Source: Candidatus Peribacteria bacterium (GTDB lineage: Bacteria > Patescibacteriota > Gracilibacteria > UBA1369 > UBA12463). From it: a stretch of 51,278 nucleotides of DNA. How positions within the stretch are numbered: the stretch's first letter is position 1; each line of letters begins with the position of its first letter. The position numbers were made by a program, and so were the translations under genes. The notes under the pieces are model-generated. The model ran no database searches. It worked only from the letters and a program-made list of their open reading frames with translations, and was not told the DNA's origin. This document shows, piece after piece, positions 9,693-18,625 of the stretch. The stretch covers positions 1 through 51,278 of the forward strand of contig CALQZC010000003.1 of NCBI GenBank assembly GCA_943349045.1. Direction: 5' to 3'.

Positions 9693-12050
9693 CTACACCT
9701 CTTCTGGAACATCCGCCGGCACATCATTCACATAAATCTCACGAGCCTTCGCACCCTGAGAAGGGCCGATATACCCACGTTCTTCCATGACATCGAGAAG
9801 GCGTGCCGCACGCGCATAGCCTACTTTCAAACGTCGCTGCAGGAGACTCGCGGAAGCCTTTCGGCTCTCAATCACCAGCTTGATCGCTTCCAAAACCATC
9901 TGATCATCATCCATCGCATCTTCACTCGTCGCGTATTTAGAATCAGGAACACCCATCACGGATTCATCAGCAACCTTACGTGAGGTGACGCGCTCATCAT
10001 ATTGTGGTGGCATCGTGACCTTCGCATGATTCGTCACACGCTCAATTTCCGCAGTAGACACATAAATACCCTGGACACGAAGTGGCTTCGCCATGCCGCC
10101 TGGGAGATAGAGCATGTCACCCTTTCCAAGAAGATCTTCCGCACCAATGGCATCAAGAATCGTTCGCGAATCAATCGACGAACTCACCGCAAACGAAATA
10201 CGAGAAGGAATATTTGCCTTAATCAAACCAGTAATGACATCCACACTCGGACGCTGCGTCGCAATCACGAGGTGAATACCAACGGCACGCGCCATCTGCG
10301 CCAATCGACAGATTGAGGCTTCCACTTCACTCTTCGCCGTCATCATAAGATCAGCGAGCTCATCAATCACAATCACAATTTTTGGCAGACGCTCAGCGAC
10401 ATCGTCATCGCCAAGAGCCGCCATATAGTCCGCAAGGTTTCGCTGACGTGCTCCAGAGAGTAACTTATATCGTCGTGTCATCTCGGCAACGGCCCAGCGC
10501 AGCGCAATCGCCGCCTTCTCCGGCTCCGTAATCACCGGCGTGAGCAAGTGCGGAATTCCATTATAGAGATCGAGTTCCACGCGCTTCGGATCAATCATAA
10601 TCAACTTCAGCTCATCGGGCCCATTCTGATAAATAAGCGACATGAGTAGCGCATTCATGCCCACCGACTTACCCGAACCCGTGCTACCCGCGATCAGCAA
10701 GTGCGGCATCGCCGCCAAATCACCAATCACCGGTTTTCCGGAAACATCACGTCCAAGGGGGAAGCGCAAATTAGAATCCAGTTCCGAAAACTCTTTACTC
10801 TCAAGCATTTCCCGAAGGTGAACATTCGTTCGTTTTTCGTTTGGAATTTCAATACCGACGAGCGACTTTCCTGGAATCGGCGCCTCGATACGAACCGATT
10901 TCGCCGCAAGAGCAAGCGCCACATCGTTCTTCAGGTTTGTAATCTTGGAAAGCTTCACACCTTCGTGCGGTTTCAGGGTGTACTGGATAACGGTCGGACC
11001 CACATTGACCTCATGCATCACCACTTCGATACCGAATTGCTTCAATTTACTCCGAATTTTATCGGCATTATCTCGAAGCATCGACTCATCAACGCGACTC
11101 GACTTGGCGGCCGGCGCGAGAAGATCGAGCGACGGAAATTCCCAAAAAAATTCTTCCTCCACTATAACCTCACCCGTCTCTGGATCAATTTCCTCCGTCA
11201 CGGCATTTTCCGGCCTCACCTCTTTCAGCACAATATCCTCCTCGCCCTTATGTTCATTCATATCAATACTAATCGTCTTCACGCGCTCACGCTCCTCATT
11301 ATCACGATCGGCATCATACTTTCCACTCTGAACTTTTTTCGCAAGCTCGGTCAAAACCTCATCAGCGAGTTCATTTTTTCGAATAAAAATTTCTGGAATT
11401 TCGTCCTCATCCTGCTGTGAATCCTCTTCCTCCTCTTCTGCCGTCTCGACGATAACTTTTTTAATCGAAAGACTGCCACTGAAGAACGCAAAAATTTGGC
11501 TGAGTGAAACCTCAAAGGTCAGCATCAGTCCAATAAAAAACATGGAGATAAACATCACACTGGCACCAATATGGCCAATCTGAAGAACTTCACGGAAAAG
11601 GAAGTTTGTGACGAAACCGGTATAGCCGCCATACTGGCCAAGACTTGCGGTCGAGTGCAGCTCGCTAATATCAACCGACAGGTGAAAAATACTGAGAATA
11701 GACACCATAAGGGTCATCATGCCTACAATTCTCGCGAGCCCAAACTGAATTGATTTTGAGAAAAAAAGCATCACAGAAACGAAGGCTAAAAGAACCGGTA
11801 TACCATACACGCCCCAGCCAAGAACTGGCTTCAGTAAACCAACCCAAGCCTCACCAACCACACCAAAATTTCCCTGCAAACTCAGAATGGTAACCGTCGC
11901 AAAGAGAAAATAGATGATTGCCGAGATATCTCGCGCGACACTCGACTTCACCTCAAACGCCAGCGATCGCAACGCGCCTCGATTTTTTCGAGATCGAGTC
12001 TTGGTACCGCGCCGCTCTACCGATTGGGATCGTTTTCGTCGTTTAGCCAC
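9693..12050 (-). CDS. ftsK: FtsK/SpoIIIE DNA translocase
   Basis: TM N-terminus, PHLLIAGSTGSGKS, IDELADLM, ATQRPSVDVITG, gamma domain SASLLQRRLKVGYARAARL; GTG 12050 start preferred because a -10 hexamer lies 6 nt upstream. Confidence 0.97.
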   Translation of the reverse strand: MAKRRKRSQSVERRGTKTRSRKNRGALRSLAFEVKSSVARDISAIIYFLFATVTILSLQGNFGVVGEAWVGLLKPVLGWGVYGIPVLLAFVSVMLFFSKSIQFGLARIVGMMTLMVSILSIFHLSVDISELHSTASLGQYGGYTGFVTNFLFREVLQIGHIGASVMFISMFFIGLMLTFEVSLSQIFAFFSGSLSIKKVIVETAEEEEEDSQQDEDEIPEIFIRKNELADEVLTELAKKVQSGKYDADRDNEERERVKTISIDMNEHKGEEDIVLKEVRPENAVTEEIDPETGEVIVEEEFFWEFPSLDLLAPAAKSSRVDESMLRDNADKIRSKLKQFGIEVVMHEVNVGPTVIQYTLKPHEGVKLSKITNLKNDVALALAAKSVRIEAPIPGKSLVGIEIPNEKRTNVHLREMLESKEFSELDSNLRFPLGRDVSGKPVIGDLAAMPHLLIAGSTGSGKSVGMNALLMSLIYQNGPDELKLIMIDPKRVELDLYNGIPHLLTPVITEPEKAAIALRWAVAEMTRRYKLLSGARQRNLADYMAALGDDDVAERLPKIVIVIDELADLMMTAKSEVEASICRLAQMARAVGIHLVIATQRPSVDVITGLIKANIPSRISFAVSSSIDSRTILDAIGAEDLLGKGDMLYLPGGMAKPLRVQGIYVSTAEIERVTNHAKVTMPPQYDERVTSRKVADESVMGVPDSKYATSEDAMDDDQMVLEAIKLVIESRKASASLLQRRLKVGYARAARLLDVMEERGYIGPSQGAKAREIYVNDVPADVPEEV

Positions 12051-12145
12051 GTGAGGAGTATAGCAGTTTCTGGCTTGAGGGGACAAGAGGGCTGTATGTG
12101 AGACTTTTGAGAGTATTTTTCGGGAAAATTACTCGCTATTTTGCA

Positions 12146-12307
12146 CAGGAATTTCTACCACAATTATTCCCGATTCGCAACTGAGAAAACTGTTATTTTT
12201 GGCTTGTTTCAGGTAGTATTCAGATACATTCTGGTCGCGGCAATCAGGTCTCAGTATCGAAGAAAGGCCCGCAAATAACACTCCTCTTATTTGCTAACCT
12301 TTTTTTT
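12146..12307 (+). repeat. Conserved upstream element, copy 1 (promoter plus structured leader)
   Basis: Colinear with 50907-51087; CTGTTA-N18-TAGTAT; hairpin GCAAATAA/TTATTTGC at 12271-12294. Confidence 0.85.
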
Positions 12308-13183
12308 ATGATTGATCTCTCCGCGCTTTCCAACACCGAACTTCTCACCTTATGTAAGGAATATGGTCAGGCGACGCTCAGTTGGCGTCGTAAGTTTCTT
12401 GGACTTCTTCCGGAAGTACACAAAAGAAAATTGTATGAACAGGCTGGGTGCAGCTCAGTCATTGAGTTCGCACAAAAACTCGCAGGGATAAGCGAAGAAC
12501 GGGTTCGCCTCACCCTGAATCTCGAGAGACGTTTCGAAAATAAACCGGCCCTCCATGAAGCGCTCGTAAATGGTGAAGTGAGTATCAATAAACTCGCGAG
12601 AGTTGTCTCGATCGCGACGAAGGAAAATGCAGAAGAATTGGCGGAAAAGGTAAAAATCTTACCGCGAGAAGCACTAGAAACATGGGTACGAGATATAAAA
12701 ACAGAAGAATCAGCCCCTTGCAAGAACCAGGAATTATTTTCCGAAGGTCTGCACGTGCATAGCGACGCATCTCTTGGAGAGACTATAACAACGTTCCAGC
12801 TCACCCCGAAAGTCCAAAAAAAACTCCAAGAGCTCCACCAGAAAGGCATCGACATCAATGAGATCATTCTCAGTGCGATTGAAAATCGAGAACAGGAAAT
12901 CGAACAAGAAAAAGAAACCATCAGTAACGAGTGTCAGCCAACCACCTCCAGATATATCCCAGCAAAAACTCGGAAGATTCTCAAAAAAGAATATGGGAAC
13001 AAATGCTCCATCAAAACCTGCACCAAGCCATCAGAAGAGCTCCATCACTCACAACGTTTCTCCGTAGCAAAAACCCACGACCCAAAGTACCTCGCTCCGC
13101 TGTGTAAACCCCATCACACGCTGGCGCATCTGAAAGATCTAAAATATTACGCTGCAAAAAATGAACGGAAAAAAGGCTCATAG
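12308..13183 (+). CDS. DUF222-like helical protein with C-terminal HNH domain
   Basis: SRYIP..CSIKTC..ELHH..LAPLCKPHHTLAH; N-terminus paralogous to ORFs at 51088 and 38977-39747. Confidence 0.85.
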   Translation: MIDLSALSNTELLTLCKEYGQATLSWRRKFLGLLPEVHKRKLYEQAGCSSVIEFAQKLAGISEERVRLTLNLERRFENKPALHEALVNGEVSINKLARVVSIATKENAEELAEKVKILPREALETWVRDIKTEESAPCKNQELFSEGLHVHSDASLGETITTFQLTPKVQKKLQELHQKGIDINEIILSAIENREQEIEQEKETISNECQPTTSRYIPAKTRKILKKEYGNKCSIKTCTKPSEELHHSQRFSVAKTHDPKYLAPLCKPHHTLAHLKDLKYYAAKNERKKGS

Positions 13184-13620
13184 CGCAAAACTATGGAGCG
13201 CAATCGTTCAATATCTACCCCTTCGCCCTGAATTTCAGCTCGAAAACGTAAACTCAATGCAATGAGATCTGGCCCTAAAGAAGTACCACCACGTGGAGCA
13301 AGTGTTCGCAAATACTCAAGCATATCGTCCAAATCAGCACCCACGAGCTGTGGAAAACGGAATCCGACAACCATAGACAGATAAGCATTATATGGAGTAA
13401 ATGCTTTTGCAGCAGTCATAAGATTTCCTTTTGACGCGAGACGTGACGACTCATCTCCATAACGAACCATCTCATCATAGGAGTAAAAACTAGTTAAAAA
13501 AACCAGAAAATTATTCCAATAATCACGAATAATTCCATTCCGACCAACTTGAATAGCCACACGAATCTCTGGAGTCAAAAGCTCTCTAGGATCAAATTTT
13601 TGAGGGGGATCAGGGTTCAT
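13147..13620 (-). CDS. Hypothetical protein
   Basis: 157-aa ORF; 3' end overlaps the HNH gene. Confidence 0.6.
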   Translation of the reverse strand: MNPDPPQKFDPRELLTPEIRVAIQVGRNGIIRDYWNNFLVFLTSFYSYDEMVRYGDESSRLASKGNLMTAAKAFTPYNAYLSMVVGFRFPQLVGADLDDMLEYLRTLAPRGGTSLGPDLIALSLRFRAEIQGEGVDIERLRSIVLRYEPFFRSFFAA

Positions 13621-13717
13621 AAAAAATACAAAAAGGTGGTTATAATAAGGTAATTCAGCTAGCAGATCAATGAATATTCATCTATAATCGGCCTCGAATA
13701 AGCCTTATAAAGCAACC

Positions 13718-15208
13718 ATGAGCACAACCGTCCGCACCCGCTTCGCCCCGTCCCCTACCGGCTATCTCCACGTTGGAGGGGCTCGAACTGCACTGTATGC
13801 GTACCTTTTCGCCAAAAAACTGGGTGGAAAATTCTTGCTCAGAATCGAAGACACCGACCAGAAGCGATTCGTCGAAGGCGCGATGGAAAATCTCATGAGT
13901 TCGCTCAAGTGGCTCGGCATCGAGTGGGACGAGGGTCCAGACCTTCCGGATAACGGCGGTCCACACGGTCCATACATCCAGTCACAACGAAACGACAAGT
14001 ATCGAGCAGCCGTCGACCAGCTCCTCACATCCGGCCACGCCTACAAGTGTTTCTGTACGCAAGAAGAGCTCGAAGAGATGCGACGAAAACAGGAAGCTCG
14101 TCACGAGGCACCGATGTACAACCGGAAGTGCTGTGCGCTCACCCCGGCAGAAGTCGAAGAAAAAATCGCCTCCGGCGTGCCCTTCGTAATCCGTCAAAAA
14201 ATTCCCGAAGGCATGGTCATCGTTGAAGATCTCATTCGTGGGAAAGTTCGATTCGATTCGAAGTCTATCGACGATCAGGTTCTCGTAAAATCTGATGGAT
14301 TTCCAACGTACCACCTCGCCAACGTCGTCGACGATCACGACATGGAAATTACCCACGTGATCCGTGGTGAAGAGTGGCTCCCTTCGACCCCGAAGCATAT
14401 TTGGCTCTACCAAGCCTTTGGATGGACACCACCCGAGTACGCACATCTTTCGCTCCTCTTGAACGCCGACCGCAGCAAACTCTCCAAACGACAGGGCGAC
14501 GTCGCCGTCGAAGAGTACATTCAAAAAGGATACATGCGCGAAGCCATCATCAACTTCATCGCCTTCCTCGGCTGGCACCCTGGAAAAGGTATTGAAAAAG
14601 AGATCTACTCCATCGAAGAACTCGTACAAGATTTTTCTCTCGAAAATGTTCACAAATCCGGCGCGATTTTTAATATAGAAAAACTCGACTGGTACAACTG
14701 GCAATGGCGTCGCCGAAAGTTTCTCGAGGCCGTCGAACATGATCCATCTGCGAGAACAGCGCTTATTATCGCCGAGTGCGATCAGTATCTCGCACCTGAA
14801 TATAAGAATAATTCCGAACTTCTCGCACGTGCGCTGAAAACCGTTGAAGAAAAAATCATCCAGAATCCAAAACCGGCGAACGACTACATCAAGTTTTTCT
14901 TTACAGCACCCGAGTTCAAACCAGAAATTGTCTACAGTGAAAAAATGAAAGTCGATGAAGCAATCGTGAAACAGGTCGTACCAGAAGTAACAAGTGCCCT
15001 CTCGGAAATTTCCGACTCCGACTGGACCGAAGAAAAAATCAAAGAAACCCTCATGGCAATCGTAGCAAAACTCGGTCTCAAAAACGGTCAGATCTTCTGG
15101 CCCATCCGCGCCATTCTCACCGGCGAACAATTTTCACCAGGCGTATTTGAGGTGGTGTGGGCACTGGGAAAGGAGGAGACAATGAAAAGGCTGAAGAACA
15201 TAGTATAA
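13718..15208 (+). CDS. gltX: Glutamate--tRNA ligase
   Basis: RTRFAPSPTGYLHVGG, LRIEDTD, HVIRGEEW, KLSKR, anticodon-binding domain. Confidence 0.98.
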   Translation: MSTTVRTRFAPSPTGYLHVGGARTALYAYLFAKKLGGKFLLRIEDTDQKRFVEGAMENLMSSLKWLGIEWDEGPDLPDNGGPHGPYIQSQRNDKYRAAVDQLLTSGHAYKCFCTQEELEEMRRKQEARHEAPMYNRKCCALTPAEVEEKIASGVPFVIRQKIPEGMVIVEDLIRGKVRFDSKSIDDQVLVKSDGFPTYHLANVVDDHDMEITHVIRGEEWLPSTPKHIWLYQAFGWTPPEYAHLSLLLNADRSKLSKRQGDVAVEEYIQKGYMREAIINFIAFLGWHPGKGIEKEIYSIEELVQDFSLENVHKSGAIFNIEKLDWYNWQWRRRKFLEAVEHDPSARTALIIAECDQYLAPEYKNNSELLARALKTVEEKIIQNPKPANDYIKFFFTAPEFKPEIVYSEKMKVDEAIVKQVVPEVTSALSEISDSDWTEEKIKETLMAIVAKLGLKNGQIFWPIRAILTGEQFSPGVFEVVWALGKEETMKRLKNIV

Positions 15209-15221
15209 ATTATATATCCCT

Positions 15222-15737
15222 ATGAAAAACCTGCTTCGCACCATCATCATAAGTGTAACATCCGTAGCACTCATCATCCCATCCGCCTCCGCTATCGAAC
15301 TTCCAAAAGACTTCGAGTTTGCCACGCCCAAGCAGGTCATAAATTTCACAAAAACATACGGGAAAAATATTCACATTCCAGGATTCGAAAAACTCACGTT
15401 CAAATATCCAGTGAACTCGATGTACCTCGAGGAAGAACTGGGAGATACGAAACGTCTCACTATTCATAAGGGTGAAATAGGGAAAATTACCATTGTTCCA
15501 AAAAAAGATGCTTTCACCATAGACACATGGGGAGCTGGGTACTGCGTTGATTTCGAAGAAAAAGCAGAGGATGTCTTTGAGTCATGCATTATCGAAGAAC
15601 TCGACAGCATCATGTATCTACCACAAGAACAATACTTCATTGGAGAGTATCAGGTTTCTGTCTATTATCACGCCAAAGATACCAAGACAAAAAACCTCAT
15701 GAAAAAAGTGGCAAAATCCATCAAGGTCAGCAACTAG
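15222..15737 (+). CDS. Hypothetical secreted protein
   Basis: 171 aa with signal peptide ending SASA. Confidence 0.7.
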   Translation: MKNLLRTIIISVTSVALIIPSASAIELPKDFEFATPKQVINFTKTYGKNIHIPGFEKLTFKYPVNSMYLEEELGDTKRLTIHKGEIGKITIVPKKDAFTIDTWGAGYCVDFEEKAEDVFESCIIEELDSIMYLPQEQYFIGEYQVSVYYHAKDTKTKNLMKKVAKSIKVSN

Positions 15738-15749
15738 CAAAGCTGAAAT

Positions 15750-15778
15750 TTGACAGTCATCTAATTTTACCGTATAAG
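15750..15778 (+). promoter_or_regulatory. Sigma70-type promoter of the structured cassette
   Basis: TTGACA-N17-TATAAG. Confidence 0.55.
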
Positions 15779-15863
15779 AGTCATCCGGTCAAAAAATGGC
15801 TTCATTCTGCTACGACCTGCTATTTTTTGCTCCTGTTCCTTTACAACAAGTAGAGTTTTGTAT

Positions 15864-16146
15864 GATGGTACCAGCCGAAAAGCTTCTCTATGGAAGTAGC
15901 ACTTGGAACTGTGCAGAAAATCGTGCAGAGCACACAGAGTATTTTCTATAGAATTCCGAGTGTTCACGCCGTAGTAGAGGGGTCTTCATGACCCTCATGC
16001 TTCACGCATGTACCATTCGAAGTGCCCATCTTAGCGAGGCACGACAATTTTTCCATCAAAGCGGTGGATAAAAAGTCAAAGACGCTTTCCTGTCACCCGC
16101 GCATCTCGCGCAACACATGGGACGTGCTTCACAGCATCTCCCGGAG
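15864..16146 (+). ncRNA. Candidate structured 5' leader or ncRNA (family unknown)
   Basis: ATGGTAC/GTACCAT closing stem; GCACTTGGAA/TTCCGAGTGT enclosing AGAAAAT/ATTTTCT; GGGTC/GACCC; CATGC/GCATG; GTGCC/GGCAC; GCGC/GCGC; GGGA/TCCC. Confidence 0.55.
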
Positions 16147-16153
16147 AATTCAC

Positions 16154-16735
16154 ATGTCTACTCTCGACTACACCACCCTCGTCGCCATGAGTTGCACCTG
16201 CCGCAACTCGTCCTCCATGTTCTCCAGCACGATCAGCGTCCTCGTGGCGCTGCTCACCAACAACCCGAACAAGATCAGCGAGGCTTACAGTGCCATCGCG
16301 GAAGACAAGAAGCGCATCGTGGAGGCGAAGGTCTCCGCTATCCAGCGCTATTTCCGCAACCCGCGGTACATCGGCCTGGAGCACCCCACCCGTATCTGGG
16401 GGGTCATCGTCAACAGCATCAAGGTCGCCGGCAATTCGCCCAACGTGACCAAGGAGCAGATCGAGCTCTTCACTTTCCCGGACAAGGAAGTGGTCCAGTA
16501 CTTCCAGGACCTCATCTGCGACCGCGGAATGTGTGAAGTGGTCAACAAGGCGTGCAACCAGCCCAGCAGCGACATCCGTATTCTGGGTGCCGTCGTGATG
16601 GCATCCGAACTCAACCTCGAACTGCTGAAGGCCATTGTCGCGTTCTTCGGCGAGGAAGGTCCCACCTCTCTCTCCGCGATCCCCGACGATGTACTCCGCG
16701 CCATCGATCCGCATCGCCTCGGCATGTCGGACTAA
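16154..16735 (+). CDS. Hypothetical protein (193 aa) with atypical GC3-rich codon usage
   Basis: GGAG 7 nt before ATG 16154; third positions mostly C/G; Lys as AAG, unlike AAA-rich neighbours. Confidence 0.8.
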   Translation: MSTLDYTTLVAMSCTCRNSSSMFSSTISVLVALLTNNPNKISEAYSAIAEDKKRIVEAKVSAIQRYFRNPRYIGLEHPTRIWGVIVNSIKVAGNSPNVTKEQIELFTFPDKEVVQYFQDLICDRGMCEVVNKACNQPSSDIRILGAVVMASELNLELLKAIVAFFGEEGPTSLSAIPDDVLRAIDPHRLGMSD

Positions 16736-16747
16736 CCAGTTCCCCAA

Positions 16748-17051
16748 TTTCCCCGTAGCGAGGACTGACGCCAACTACAAACCAGGCGCCGGAAATCATA
16801 CGGGGAAAGCTTCTTCCACAACTTCTCGTTGCGACGGAGACACCACGACTTCTCGGTGTCATGAGTTGTAACGGGAAATTTCGACACACGGGGCTTATCT
16901 AAGGAGAAAAGCCACGAAAATGTGTGTCAAGGAAGGACACTTCGACCAAAACTCTACTTCTCTACTCCCACTTTCCCAAAGAAGTAGGGTATAAGGACAA
17001 AATGTTCTGGAGGAGCACATGACAACTTCGTCACGTGCTTCTCCCCTTCCT
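16748..17051 (+). ncRNA. Candidate structured 3' region or ncRNA (family unknown)
   Basis: Stems TTTCCCCGTA/TACGGGGAAA, ACAACT/AGTTGT, GACACC/GGTGTC, GACACAC/GTGTGTC, ACTCTACTTCT/AGAAGTAGGGT, GGAGGAGCAC/GTGCTTCTCC, AGGAAGG/CCTTCCT. Confidence 0.6.
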
Positions 17052-17104
17052 AAATTCACAAAAATTTCCTTCCCGAAAAAAATCTTCGGTGGTATCATCA
17101 TGCC

Positions 17105-17344
17105 GTGAAAACACCCCTCCTCATCTTGTGTATCATGACAGCACTTTTTGCAAGTGGCTGCAGCAAGCTTGAGGCTCTGAGAACAGATGTACAAAAGACA
17201 ACAGCCAATGTCATACAAGGAGCACAAAAAGAGGCAATAAAAGTACAAACCGGCATCGTAGAAACGAAACAGAACGTCGAACGAAAAATTCAGAAAGTCG
17301 AAAATCTCATCAACGCCGTCGACGACCTCAAAAAAGAGTTATAA
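17105..17344 (+). CDS. Small lipoprotein
   Basis: Lipobox-like LFASGC after a hydrophobic leader; helical body; GTG start. Confidence 0.75.
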   Translation: MKTPLLILCIMTALFASGCSKLEALRTDVQKTTANVIQGAQKEAIKVQTGIVETKQNVERKIQKVENLINAVDDLKKEL

Positions 17345-17406
17345 AAAAGTTCTCCATGCTCATGGCATCGTAAGGGAGTTTTCACACCAACACCTTACCC
17401 ATTCCC

Positions 17407-18153
17407 ATGAAACCACTCAAAGTTCAGTTCCACGTGCACACGGCACAAGATCCGGTTGACCACCCAAAGCACACCGCCGAGCAAATGCTCGACATGGCTG
17501 CCGAAAAAAATTACGACGTCGTTTCTATCACCCATCACGACAGTTTTTTCTTCAATGACGATATAAAAGAGTACGCCGAAAAACTCGGTATTTTACTCGT
17601 ACCCGGAATTGAAAAAACAGTTTCTCGCAGACATGTACTCATTATCAACGCTACAAAAGACGCCGAAAGAATTAATAATTTTTACGATCTCTCAAAATAT
17701 AAAAAATCCCACCCAGACTGTCTCGTCATTGCCGCGCATCCGTATTACCCACGTGGATTCTGTCTCCAGGAAAAACTTCTCGAAAATATCAATCTCTTCG
17801 ATGCGATCGAGTACTCATGGTTCTTCACGGAAAAAATGAATATGTTTAATAAACAGGCAGAAGAAGTTGCAAAACTTCATAAAAAGGCCCTGATCGGCAC
17901 ATCCGACAATCACATCCTCCCCTACTTCGATCAAAATTTCTCACTCGTCTATGCCGAAAAAAACTGGCAAGCCATCCGCGAGGCCATTCTTGCAAACAAG
18001 TGCGAAATGAAACCAACTCCCCTCACCGGCAGCGAGTTCCTCAAACTCACCATGCAGATGATCTTCGAGTTCGATCTCCCCTTCCAGTTCCGCAGCCTGA
18101 AACAGAAGCTATCAAGCCTCAAAACAGATCATTTTATTGACAAAAATAAATAA
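17407..18153 (+). CDS. PHP-domain metal-dependent phosphoesterase
   Basis: FHVHT, ITHHD, PGIE, AHPY, TSDNH. Confidence 0.9.
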   Translation: MKPLKVQFHVHTAQDPVDHPKHTAEQMLDMAAEKNYDVVSITHHDSFFFNDDIKEYAEKLGILLVPGIEKTVSRRHVLIINATKDAERINNFYDLSKYKKSHPDCLVIAAHPYYPRGFCLQEKLLENINLFDAIEYSWFFTEKMNMFNKQAEEVAKLHKKALIGTSDNHILPYFDQNFSLVYAEKNWQAIREAILANKCEMKPTPLTGSEFLKLTMQMIFEFDLPFQFRSLKQKLSSLKTDHFIDKNK

Positions 18154-18192
18154 AGTAGTAAAATTAGCCCTTAGATATTTACACCACTCTCT

Positions 18193-18552
18193 ATGTTTGA
18201 TGCTGAACCAGATGACAAGGACGTAGTGCATGGATTTGAAGATTATGCCGTTGGTATGAGCGAGGTCGTTGACGATTCTGTCGATAGTTTTATTGTGACC
18301 GCACTCAAGAACCAAACAATCGGAGACCGTATTGAAAAATTCGCCCCAGGATTTAGAGATATGCCACAACATGCACAACGTAGGATTACAATGGAATATC
18401 TTAAAGAACAAAGAGCAAATGGAGAAAAACGATCCGAGGCAGAAGAGGCGGCAAAGGCTGCTGCAAGAGCTGCAAAAGATGCAGGCCCTACCATTGAATT
18501 CACGAAAGTAGCCGTCATCAATGATCTACACGCGGTATATGAACGGGTGTAA
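18193..18552 (+). CDS. Hypothetical protein
   Basis: 119-aa ORF followed by a terminator-like hairpin. Confidence 0.6.
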   Translation: MFDAEPDDKDVVHGFEDYAVGMSEVVDDSVDSFIVTALKNQTIGDRIEKFAPGFRDMPQHAQRRITMEYLKEQRANGEKRSEAEEAAKAAARAAKDAGPTIEFTKVAVINDLHAVYERV

Positions 18553-18576
18553 AATTCAATGTCATAGATACAATAG

Positions 18577-18609
18577 AAACGTGTTACAATCCCAGTAGCA
18601 CGTTTTTTT
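18577..18609 (+). terminator. Rho-independent terminator-like hairpin overlapping a TGnTACAAT element for pta
   Basis: AAACGTGTTAC-loop-GTAGCACGTTT followed by a T-run. Confidence 0.55.
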
Positions 18610-18625
18610 AATTGGTGCACAGAGA

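Noticed and set aside
12225-12300. c-di-GMP-I or fluoride riboswitch (GGCAA..GAAA..CGCAAA)
   Set aside because: Resemblance is superficial; the required stems are missing and GCAAA pairs with TTTGC.
13982-15130. 382-aa antisense ORF in gltX and similar ORFs in ftsK, rlpA and yidC
   Set aside because: Antisense or alternate-frame shadows without motifs.
16022-16889. Overlapping ORFs 16076-16774(-), 16117-16536(+) and the extension from 16022
   Set aside because: Shadow frames of a GC3-rich gene; SD and codon bias start at 16154.
16748-16930. RNase P RNA or tmRNA
   Set aside because: No GAGGAAAGTCC motif and no tRNA-like ends.
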